DNA of 64,000 bases from Candidatus Microgenomates bacterium. GTDB lineage: Bacteria > Patescibacteriota > JACPGU01. The stretch spans positions 158,346 through 222,345 of the forward strand of contig JACPGU010000002.1 in assembly GCA_016188915.1 (NCBI GenBank), read 5' to 3'. Numbering within the stretch: position 1 is the stretch's first letter; the number at the start of each line of letters is the position of its first letter. The position numbers and the translations under genes were made by a program. Under the pieces are notes generated by a model. It had not been told where the DNA came from, did not search any database, and saw only the letters and a program-made list of their open reading frames with translations. This document shows, one piece after another, positions 55,633 through 64,000 of this stretch.

Positions 55633-56112
55633 ATGCTAAGTCTTAACAGGGCTCAAATTATTGGCAATCTTACCCGCGATCCAGAATTACGCTATACCGC
55701 CAACGGACAAGCGGTCACTTCTTTTGGGGTGGCGACTAATCGGGCATGGAACGACCCATCAGGAGAAAAAAAAGAAGCAGTAGAATTTCATGATGTTGTC
55801 ACCTGGGGTAAATTGGCAGAGATTTGTAAGCAAATTTTAGCCAAAGGTCGCAAAGTTTATATTGAAGGACGTTTGCAGACCAGAACTTGGGAGGGACAAG
55901 ATGGAGTCAAGCGCCAGAAAACGGAAATAGTAGCAGAAAATATGTTGGTTCTGGATAGACCTAAAGATGGCGCTACGAATTTTGTCGCCCCTTCGGAAAA
56001 TTCAGAAAAAAGCTTTCCTGCCGTTGATAGTCCCTCTAATGATAATCCCCCTGAAAGTGTGCCAGCCAATGCCAAAGAAGGAGAGGTAAACTTAGAGGAT
56101 ATTCCGTTCTAA
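55633..56112 (+). CDS. ssb: Single-stranded DNA-binding protein
   Basis: The OB-fold is MLSLNRAQIIGNLTRDPELRYTANGQAVTSFGVATNRAW...VYIEGRLQTRTWE, with the acidic tail ending DIPF. Confidence 0.9.
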   Translation: MLSLNRAQIIGNLTRDPELRYTANGQAVTSFGVATNRAWNDPSGEKKEAVEFHDVVTWGKLAEICKQILAKGRKVYIEGRLQTRTWEGQDGVKRQKTEIVAENMLVLDRPKDGATNFVAPSENSEKSFPAVDSPSNDNPPESVPANAKEGEVNLEDIPF

Positions 56113-56152
56113 AAGCACAAATTATATTATTAATATTAAGATTTACATAGAT

Positions 56153-56359
56153 ATGAAAAGTAAGATTTGTCCATTTTGTTCAAAGGGTTTGCAGGAGATA
56201 GACTACAAACAGCACGAACATTTAAAAAAATTTATGTCTGTTTTGGGCAAGATAGAAACTCGTCGCAGAACGGGTGCTTGTGTTTATCATCAGAAAAGTT
56301 TGTCTCGCGCCATCAAAAGAGCGAGACACATCGCTCTGCTACCCTTCGTTATTAGCTAG
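56153..56359 (+). CDS. rpsR: 30S ribosomal protein S18
   Basis: IDYKQHEHLKKFMSVLGKIETRRRTGACVYHQKSLSRAIKRARHIALLP is canonical S18. Confidence 0.9.
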   Translation: MKSKICPFCSKGLQEIDYKQHEHLKKFMSVLGKIETRRRTGACVYHQKSLSRAIKRARHIALLPFVIS

Positions 56360-56365
56360 TATCAA

Positions 56366-56393
56366 GTATTACGTATTAAGTATTATGTATGAA
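56366..56393. repeat. Heptamer tandem repeat (GTATTAN)x4 forming part of an extended imperfect hairpin downstream of rpsR
   Basis: gtattac gtattaa gtattat gtatgaa, with the partial reverse complement gcttaatac...cataatacat at 56400-56435. Confidence 0.75.
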
Positions 56394-56440
56394 CTCGCTT
56401 CATACTTTATGCTTAATACTAGATACATAATACATATTCG

Positions 56441-56995
56441 ATGAATATGACCGATCTAAAACCTGGGACAAAGATTGAATACAAAAGCGAGCCACACGAA
56501 GTCGTGGCCTCGTCTTTTTCTCGTTCTTCTCAAAGCAAAGGGTTTATGACGACTCGTCTGCGTAATATGATTACCGGCAATGTCTATGAGGTCGTTTTTC
56601 GCGCTAATGATGAAATACGCGGTATCGAAATAGAAAAGAAAAAAGTGCAATTTCTCTACAAACAGGGAGAAAACGCTTTTTTTATGGACAATGTTTCTTT
56701 TGAGCAATTTGAATTACCCGGTAGTGTTTTGGGCGATAAAATTTACTTTTTAACCGAAGGAATGGCGGTAGATTTGATTATCTATAATGACGCGCCGATT
56801 AGCGTGGAAATCTCGCCAAAGGTCGTCTTGATAATTACCGATACCGAACCGGGGATCAAATCGGCCACTGCTTCAGATGTGAAAAAACAAGCAGTAACGG
56901 AGACGGGTTATAAATTGCAAGTACCATCTTTCGTCAATATCGGCGACAAAATCAAAGTTAGCACCGAGACAGGACTGTATGCGGAGCGCGCGTAA
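56441..56995 (+). CDS. efp: Elongation factor P
   Basis: 184 aa. DLKPGTKIEYKSEPHEVVASSFSRSSQSKGFMTTRLRNMITGNVYEVVFRAND is the EF-P KOW domain, followed by two OB domains. Confidence 0.9.
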   Translation: MNMTDLKPGTKIEYKSEPHEVVASSFSRSSQSKGFMTTRLRNMITGNVYEVVFRANDEIRGIEIEKKKVQFLYKQGENAFFMDNVSFEQFELPGSVLGDKIYFLTEGMAVDLIIYNDAPISVEISPKVVLIITDTEPGIKSATASDVKKQAVTETGYKLQVPSFVNIGDKIKVSTETGLYAERA

Positions 56996-57120
56996 CGTGC
57001 TTTCACGAATCGTACGAATTTGATGACGAATTTCACAAAAGAGAACAATAGTGCCCGCCAGATTGGCGGACATTTTTGTATTTGTTTGACCAGAAGGAGT
57101 GGAAATGCTATACTGGGAAT

Positions 57121-57909
57121 ATGAAAATCCGCTTAGACAAGCTACTTTTGGATAAAGGTCTGGTTGCGTCGTGCGAGAAAGCGCAGGGGCTGATTATGGC
57201 GGGACGAGTTTTGGTAGAGGGTAAAGTTTCGGATAAACCAGGAATGAGCTACTCGGAGGCCATCAAAATTGAGATTTTGCAAACACCACAATATGTCAGT
57301 CGCGGCGCGGAGAAGATGGCGGGAGCGGCTACCGCTTTCGCCCTGGATTTTCACGGCAAAATAGTGGCCGATATCGGTTCTTCCACGGGTGGTTTTACCG
57401 ATTACGCTTTGCAAAACGGCGCGAAAAAAGTTTACGCGATAGATGTCGGTACTGGCCAGCTAGATTGGAGTTTGCGCTCTAATCCGAAGATAGTGGTAAT
57501 GGAGAACACCAATGCCAGATATTTGGAAAATCTGCCCGATCCGATAGATATTTTCGTTGTCGATGTCTCCTTCATTTCTTTAAAGAAGATTTTGCCAACT
57601 TTAAAAAAAATCATAAATCATAAATCTGAAATCATAAATCACGCTACAATCGTCGTGCTTTTCAAACCGCAGTTTGAAGCGAAGAAAAATATCGCTGACA
57701 AATATAAAGGAGTGATCACCGACAGTAAAATTCACGAAGAGCTGCTGGCTGATTTTCGGAAATGGTGCGAGGAAGCTAGCTGGAAGGTGCTAGGGGAGTG
57801 CCCATCCCCCATCAATGGAGACAAAGGAAATAGAGAATTTTTCTTTTACCTGAAGGCGGAAGAAAAAGAAAATAAAAAAGCAAAAAATCAAGAAAATAAA
57901 ATAACATGA
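57121..57909 (+). CDS. tlyA: TlyA-family rRNA 2'-O-methyltransferase (S4 domain + FtsJ-like MTase)
   Basis: MKIRLDKLLLDKGLVASCEKAQGLIMAGRVLV (S4), RGAEKM, DIGSSTGGFTDYALQNGAKKVYAIDVG (SAM binding), LFKPQFE. The start is at MKIRL (the track ORF begins at 57076). Confidence 0.85.
   Translation: MKIRLDKLLLDKGLVASCEKAQGLIMAGRVLVEGKVSDKPGMSYSEAIKIEILQTPQYVSRGAEKMAGAATAFALDFHGKIVADIGSSTGGFTDYALQNGAKKVYAIDVGTGQLDWSLRSNPKIVVMENTNARYLENLPDPIDIFVVDVSFISLKKILPTLKKIINHKSEIINHATIVVLFKPQFEAKKNIADKYKGVITDSKIHEELLADFRKWCEEASWKVLGECPSPINGDKGNREFFFYLKAEEKENKKAKNQENKIT
57608..57642 (+). repeat. Heptamer tandem repeat (AAATCAT/AAATCTG)x5 inside tlyA coding sequence
   Basis: aaatcat aaatcat aaatctg aaatcat aaatcac encodes KIINHKSEIINHA. 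The local segment is about 6 aa longer than the M. tuberculosis TlyA equivalent. Confidence 0.85.
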
Positions 57910-57949
57910 TACCTAATTTCTTAATTTATTAATTTCTTATTTTCTTAAT

Positions 57950-58477
57950 ATGCTCGTTCACGCAAAAAATATCATCGGTGGCAAAGTAGTAGATATGTCT
58001 TCGCTGACCATAGCGGGGGATATTTCCAGTGTGGTAGTTGATCCGGAAAACGGGGCTATTTTGGCTTTGCTTTTGCAGAAAAATTTCTGGAATACTGTTA
58101 GGGCTCTTTCTTGGCGAGATATTGTAGAGTGGTACAAAGACGGGATTTTGGTTCGTGATAGTGATAATATCGTGTCGGTTGGAGATATCATCAAAGTAGA
58201 AAAAGCGATGAAAGAAAAAACTTTTGCTCTAGGTGATCGTGTTTTAACTCAAAAAGGTAAATTTTTAGGATTTTTGCACGATTTTTCTTTTGATAGCACA
58301 TTGGGAGCCATAGGTACCATTATTGTCAAAAAAAGATTTTCTAGCGAATTACGTATTATGAGCGCCCATCGTATCCTTTCTATTTTGTCTGGAAAAATAA
58401 TTATTCGCGACATCATTGAGCCTGCGCAAAACAAAGAAAAAAGAGCGCCTCAATCGCTCTCTTCTCTGGCGGGTTAA
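57950..58477 (+). CDS. PRC-barrel-like domain protein (hypothetical)
   Basis: 175 aa with two repeats of a G-x-V-V/I-D small-barrel pattern (NIIGGKVVDMSS; GDRVLTQKGKFLGFLHDFSFD). The assignment is weak. Confidence 0.35.
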   Translation: MLVHAKNIIGGKVVDMSSLTIAGDISSVVVDPENGAILALLLQKNFWNTVRALSWRDIVEWYKDGILVRDSDNIVSVGDIIKVEKAMKEKTFALGDRVLTQKGKFLGFLHDFSFDSTLGAIGTIIVKKRFSSELRIMSAHRILSILSGKIIIRDIIEPAQNKEKRAPQSLSSLAG

Positions 58478-58484
58478 GCATTTT

Positions 58485-60113
<1,629 letters not shown>

Positions 60114-60204
60114 TTAAAAAATTAAGAAAGCAATAAATTAAGAAAATAATTGCTAAAAATCTCTTTTGCTATTGTTTTTTAGTTTTTTTAATTTCTTATT
60201 TTTT

Positions 60205-60495
60205 TTATTTAATAATTCCTAGAACATCTCCTTCTCCCAAAATGAATAATTCTTCTCCGTCTATTTTTATTTCTGTCGGCGAATATTTGGCGAATAAAAT
60301 ATAATCACCGGGCTTTATTTCTGTGGCGTGAAATCGGCCGTTATCATCTTTTTTCCCCGGTCCGACCGCTAAAACCTCGCCTTTTTGAGGGCGTTCGGTT
60401 CCAGCAGTATCAGGGATGATAATCCCTGATTTGGTCTCTTTTTCTTCATCTAGCGGTCTGACCAATATTTTGTCGCGAAGAGGTTGAATCTGCAT
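60205..60495 (-). CDS. groS: Co-chaperonin GroES
   Basis: MQIQPLRDKILVRPLDEEKETKSGIIIPDTAG...GEVLAVGPG. The internal Met is chosen as start; the track ORF extends to 60570. Confidence 0.9.
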   Translation of the reverse strand: MQIQPLRDKILVRPLDEEKETKSGIIIPDTAGTERPQKGEVLAVGPGKKDDNGRFHATEIKPGDYILFAKYSPTEIKIDGEELFILGEGDVLGIIK

Positions 60496-60574
60496 ATGTA
60501 TAGTATAGTGATAGAAGATAAAATTGCTAATTGCACCAATAATTCTAGCAAACGAATGGTCTTTCGTCAAGACT

Positions 60575-61501
60575 TCAAAGATAGGACTCCCAATTTCCGT
60601 CAGTGACTCTTTTCCAGTCTTTGGTATGAAATTTGAGAATTTGATCGCTGAAAATAACAGATTCCGGATGCCCGAATTTTTTTTGAGAATTTTTTATCAA
60701 TTTTTTTTCTGTAAAACGAGCCAAGTCTTCCCAGAACTTTGGAGCAAAAAATATCTCCAAAAAACGAGAGATAATCAGAGCCAGTTTTGAGATAGTGAAA
60801 TCTTTGTAATAATTAGTGATATTGTTCTGCGCGTTGGGCAGATCTTTTTTTATCCAAGAATTGACTTCTTTATATTTTTCAAAAGTTTGATCTTTATTTA
60901 TAATGGGAGCATTTTCGGCGATCCAATAGGAGAGAAAAAATTCTCTATTTTTTGGCGCGATATAGGACAGATCCATCGCGTCTTCATTGGCATAGATAGA
61001 AAGGCAAATTTTACCGCTAATTCTTTTACCGTGGCGCCTAATGAGCAAAAGATGAAGCAAAAGGGAAGAAAACCCCCTGGCAAACCAGATATGATTTTTA
61101 GTCGTAATGATAAAAAAATCTATATCACTTTGCTGGTCGCAAGTGAAAAGAGCCAAAGAATTATTGGCGGCCACCATTTTTATAAAAGGGCAAAAAGACA
61201 ATATTTTAGTTGCAAAAAGAGCCTTTTCCCAATATTTTTCTGATATTTCGTAGCGTTTTTCTCGCAATTCTAGTATATTTTTTCGATTGGGCAGAAAATA
61301 AAATCCATTAGTCATTTCAATTTTTTTCTCCGTCCTTAGCTCCTCTAGGACGATGATTACTTCGCTCAAATCTGCCTGGTGGCGAAAAAGATAATTCCAG
61401 ACCTCAAAAGATGTCAGTGGTTGGCCAAAAGCATCAAAATAGCTGACGGTGAAAAGCGTTGCTTGTTTGAGATCGGTTATTTTTTGCTGATTGTCTGACA
61501 T
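60575..61501 (-). CDS. Hypothetical protein (308 aa), possible minimal nucleotidyltransferase fold
   Basis: NNSLALFTCDQQSDIDFFIIT weakly resembles the pol-beta NTase motif ([GS]-x9-13-DxD). Otherwise unrecognised. Confidence 0.4.
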   Translation of the reverse strand: MSDNQQKITDLKQATLFTVSYFDAFGQPLTSFEVWNYLFRHQADLSEVIIVLEELRTEKKIEMTNGFYFLPNRKNILELREKRYEISEKYWEKALFATKILSFCPFIKMVAANNSLALFTCDQQSDIDFFIITTKNHIWFARGFSSLLLHLLLIRRHGKRISGKICLSIYANEDAMDLSYIAPKNREFFLSYWIAENAPIINKDQTFEKYKEVNSWIKKDLPNAQNNITNYYKDFTISKLALIISRFLEIFFAPKFWEDLARFTEKKLIKNSQKKFGHPESVIFSDQILKFHTKDWKRVTDGNWESYL

Positions 61502-61600
61502 AAAGATTTGATTTATAGTGGAGATAGCTACTAGGGCTATTTTAACATATTTTTGTAAAACATTTCTTACTCTAACAGAAAACTAAAAAGATATAAATCT

Positions 61601-62479
61601 TTGGAAGATATGAAAAAAAGACTTCTTTTAGCTGGCATTCTTTTGCTCGCATTGATTTTTTTGGTCTCAATACTCTATTTTTTACCAAAGGTGACTTCTG
61701 GCGGGCGGGTTAGTGGCTGGTATTTTGGCCATCAAAAATGGTCGGGGGAGATTACCGTTTCTGGTGATGTTTTGATCATCGGCGATTTGATCGTGGAACC
61801 AGGGACGAAAGTTAGCTTTGTGGTCGGGGATGACCAAAAAAGTGGCGATGAGATCCCGCCCGATGGATTCAATGATAATGACCCTACTAGATTGAGATCA
61901 TATACGATCACCCATTCCGGCATCACCGTTTTGCGTCGCTTTATCGCGCGCGGGACGAAAGACCAAAAAATCATCTTTACTTCTGTCAGTCAAACTCCCG
62001 CTCTGGCCGACTGGGAATCTATCGTTTTCTTTGGCAATGGTAGTGTGGTGGACAATGTGATCGTTAATTATTCTAGAAATGGGCTCAATCCGGTTGGTCG
62101 GCAGAACAAAAGCGTTATCCAAAATAGTATCGTTGAGCATACGCTTTGGGGAGCTATTTCTACGGCTCATTCTGGTATTAGCGCTATCAATAATTATTTG
62201 GCAGACAGCGGACACGAGGGGTTCGATGTCGGGTACGAAGGGGCGGGGCAGGTAATTCGTGGCAATACGATTGAAAATTGCCATACCGCCATCGTCGTTC
62301 TTGGTGGTTCGCCACTAATTGAAAACAATACAATCAAAAATTGCGGCGATGGGATTTTCATTGAAGAAGGAGCATCACCGACTTTGGAAAATAACAGTAT
62401 TACGCTTGCCCCAATCGACAGCCCTCTCTCTTGGCGCTATGGCGATTATGTGATACCGGTGTTCGATGTGCCGAAATAA
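61601..62479 (+). CDS. Right-handed parallel beta-helix repeat protein (NosD/pectin-lyase-fold-like), membrane-anchored/secreted
   Basis: The N-terminal TM is LLLAGILLLALIFLVSILYFL. Repeated beta-helix rungs are IRGNTIENCHTAIVVLGGSPLIENNTIKNCGDGIFIEEGASPTLENNSITL. Confidence 0.55.
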   Translation: MEDMKKRLLLAGILLLALIFLVSILYFLPKVTSGGRVSGWYFGHQKWSGEITVSGDVLIIGDLIVEPGTKVSFVVGDDQKSGDEIPPDGFNDNDPTRLRSYTITHSGITVLRRFIARGTKDQKIIFTSVSQTPALADWESIVFFGNGSVVDNVIVNYSRNGLNPVGRQNKSVIQNSIVEHTLWGAISTAHSGISAINNYLADSGHEGFDVGYEGAGQVIRGNTIENCHTAIVVLGGSPLIENNTIKNCGDGIFIEEGASPTLENNSITLAPIDSPLSWRYGDYVIPVFDVPK

Positions 62480-62508
62480 AGCTCTCCGAGCGTACGCTCG
62501 GAGAGCTT
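62479..62508. terminator. 30-nt perfect palindrome hairpin after beta-helix protein gene (putative terminator, no clear U-tract)
   Basis: aagctctccgagcg-ta-cgctcggagagctt. Confidence 0.4.
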
Positions 62509-62781
62509 TATGGCAGAGATATTATTTGATATCTTGAGTTGTGAGTTCTCGTAGCGATTTTCTATAAAATGCATAGAGGTTTTTGATTGTGCCACAATAT
62601 GTAGAGATCGTTTTTCGGCTATAATTGCGCAATTCCATTTCTTGTTTTATAATATCTAAAAGGTTTGGCATTTGCTATGTAGGTGAATAGCAATCAATAT
62701 ATCATACTAAATCCAATCCATAACCACAAATTACTCCAGATATCAACGAGTTCTGCAAAATCGCAAAAAAAATTATAATCT

Positions 62782-63324
62782 ATGTTTGAATCACCAAAAT
62801 ACGAAAAAATATCCCCTCAATATGTTAACGAGGCTTCAATGTTGGCAGAGCAAAGAATGCACAAACTGATTGAAGCCGCGCGCGATCTTGGCGTTGAAAT
62901 TTTCTCTCTTGAAGATGGCGAGGAAAAAATATTAGAGCAGGTTAAACAAGGCTTTCCGCAACGATACGAATTGGTGGTACAAAAATTGCGCGACGAAGGC
63001 CTAAAGCTATCTGATTTACCGAAAGATGTTCTGTTAGACCGTATGCTCGGCATTGACATGATGTTCACTTTCCAAGGCAAAAACTATGCAGTGGATGTAA
63101 CCAGCGGAAAGCATACCGTTGTTAAAAATAAAGAGAGAAAATTTCAAGCGATGGAAAGTTTATATAAACAACTCGGAATTGATCGCGCACTCATTATACG
63201 GCTGAAAGAAGATGTTACTGATGACATGGTTTTAGACCTTTTTGCTAGACTTGAAGTGTTGGACGATAAAGGGGATATTTTTTCTGTTATCGTAAGGTAT
63301 CCCGAAACTAAAATTAAGAAGTGA
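62782..63324 (+). CDS. Hypothetical protein (180 aa)
   Basis: A coding-like ORF with no recognisable motif. Confidence 0.45.
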   Translation: MFESPKYEKISPQYVNEASMLAEQRMHKLIEAARDLGVEIFSLEDGEEKILEQVKQGFPQRYELVVQKLRDEGLKLSDLPKDVLLDRMLGIDMMFTFQGKNYAVDVTSGKHTVVKNKERKFQAMESLYKQLGIDRALIIRLKEDVTDDMVLDLFARLEVLDDKGDIFSVIVRYPETKIKK

Positions 63325-63636
63325 AAAAGCCGATTATAATTTTTTTTGCGACTCAAGCCCTTCGGGTCGCAGAACACGGTATATCTGGCTCAGAAATATG
63401 ACGCATTTAAGGTTTATTGTTTGTCATATTTCTTCGACCCATATCCCTACCTCTTTTCTTTATCAACTAATAAGGTGTCGAGGTCGGGACATCAGATATA
63501 CCGAAACATTACCCAAAATTTCACTAAAAATAGTTTCTATATTATATTTGAGTCCTTTTGAGATTTTTTTTGGCAAAGAAATGAGCCACCGCGTTTGGTG
63601 GCTCCGAAAATGGAATCTGCTCTTATTTGCAGATTG

Positions 63637-63888
63637 TTACATGAGGCGCGCTACCGTGACGCAACTTAGGATGATTAGCCCCACACCGCAGGACGCCGCA
63701 ATAATCGCTCTTGTGTTTTGATGTCCTTCCAGCGGCAAAAAAATCTTTACCACTGCGGCGAGTCCGGTGACTCCGACAAGCACCCACACGAACGACGGCA
63801 GTAACGACAGATATAGCCCGACGAGTAGCGCGAAACCGGCAACCTGCAAATAATCGCAGACCGCTGACAACGTCTTGATGTTTAACAT
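63637..63888 (-). CDS. Small GC-rich membrane protein (83 aa, 2-3 TM), hypothetical
   Basis: MLNIKTLSAVCDYLQVAGFALLVGLYLSLLPSFVWVLVGVTGLAAVVKIFLP... The GC content is markedly higher than the surrounding DNA. Confidence 0.35.
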   Translation of the reverse strand: MLNIKTLSAVCDYLQVAGFALLVGLYLSLLPSFVWVLVGVTGLAAVVKIFLPLEGHQNTRAIIAASCGVGLIILSCVTVARLM

Positions 63889-64000
63889 GTCGATTCCTCC
63901 TTTGTCAAAGTATTTACATCATACAATATAATTTTATCTAAGTCAAGCCAAAAATCTCAAAAGGACTCTTTTAATAAGGTAACTATTTTTAGTGAAACTC

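Noticed and set aside
60496-60620. CIRCE element upstream of groES
   Set aside because: I searched the 125 bp upstream of the groES start for TTAGCACTC-N9-GAGTGCTAA. Only the weak fragment ttagcaat.. is present, so no call was made. groESL may be regulated differently or the site lies further upstream.

Overview
This 64-kb window reads as a low-GC (about 35-40%), gene-dense bacterial chromosome segment. Its gene content and style suggest a reduced-genome, CPR/Patescibacteria-like organism, but that is inference from composition only.

Most of the window is housekeeping. It contains the heat-shock regulon hrcA-grpE-dnaK-dnaJ, with a CIRCE operator upstream of hrcA, and groES-groEL. There is a recombination cluster yebC-ruvC-ruvA-yajQ-recA. 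Also present are valS, rpsO-pnp, RNase J, a membrane H+-pyrophosphatase, ftsK, rpsF-ssb-rpsR, efp, tlyA, cfa and a GGDEF diguanylate cyclase. Competence genes comFC and a split comEC are present. One tRNA-Lys sits near 9.9 kb, and a tRNA cluster (Met, fMet, Ile-UAU) lies at 36.7-37.5 kb.

The accessory content I consider most notable:
- A cell-envelope attack/uptake locus at 1.6-9.8 kb: a 1265-aa amidase_2 + five NBR1-FW-like repeats + SpoIID protein, comFC, and an S8 protease carrying the same repeats.
- A second SpoIID protein at 40.2-41.9 kb.
- Several GC-elevated (about 50-62%) putative horizontally acquired islets. These are a B12-binding radical-SAM-like gene at 18.0-19.8 kb, an islet inserted between yebC and ruvC, a lytic-transglycosylase plus secreted-protein islet at 38.4-40.1 kb, and a Cys-rich small ORF.
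- Three toxin-antitoxin-type modules: RelE/ParE + antitoxin, Doc + antitoxin, and a solitary MazF/PemK-like toxin.
- A decayed tsaD/AbiEii fragment region.
- A family of heptanucleotide tandem repeats (AATCT-core 7-mers) found in intergenic DNA and inside conserved coding genes (valS, tlyA, the tsaD remnant, ruvC).
- A roughly 175-bp dispersed MITE-like repeat.
- A tRNA-Ile with anticodon UAU.

No CRISPR array, rRNA gene or obvious transposase was seen. All calls come from reading ORF translations and the nucleotide sequence directly; no database searches were run.
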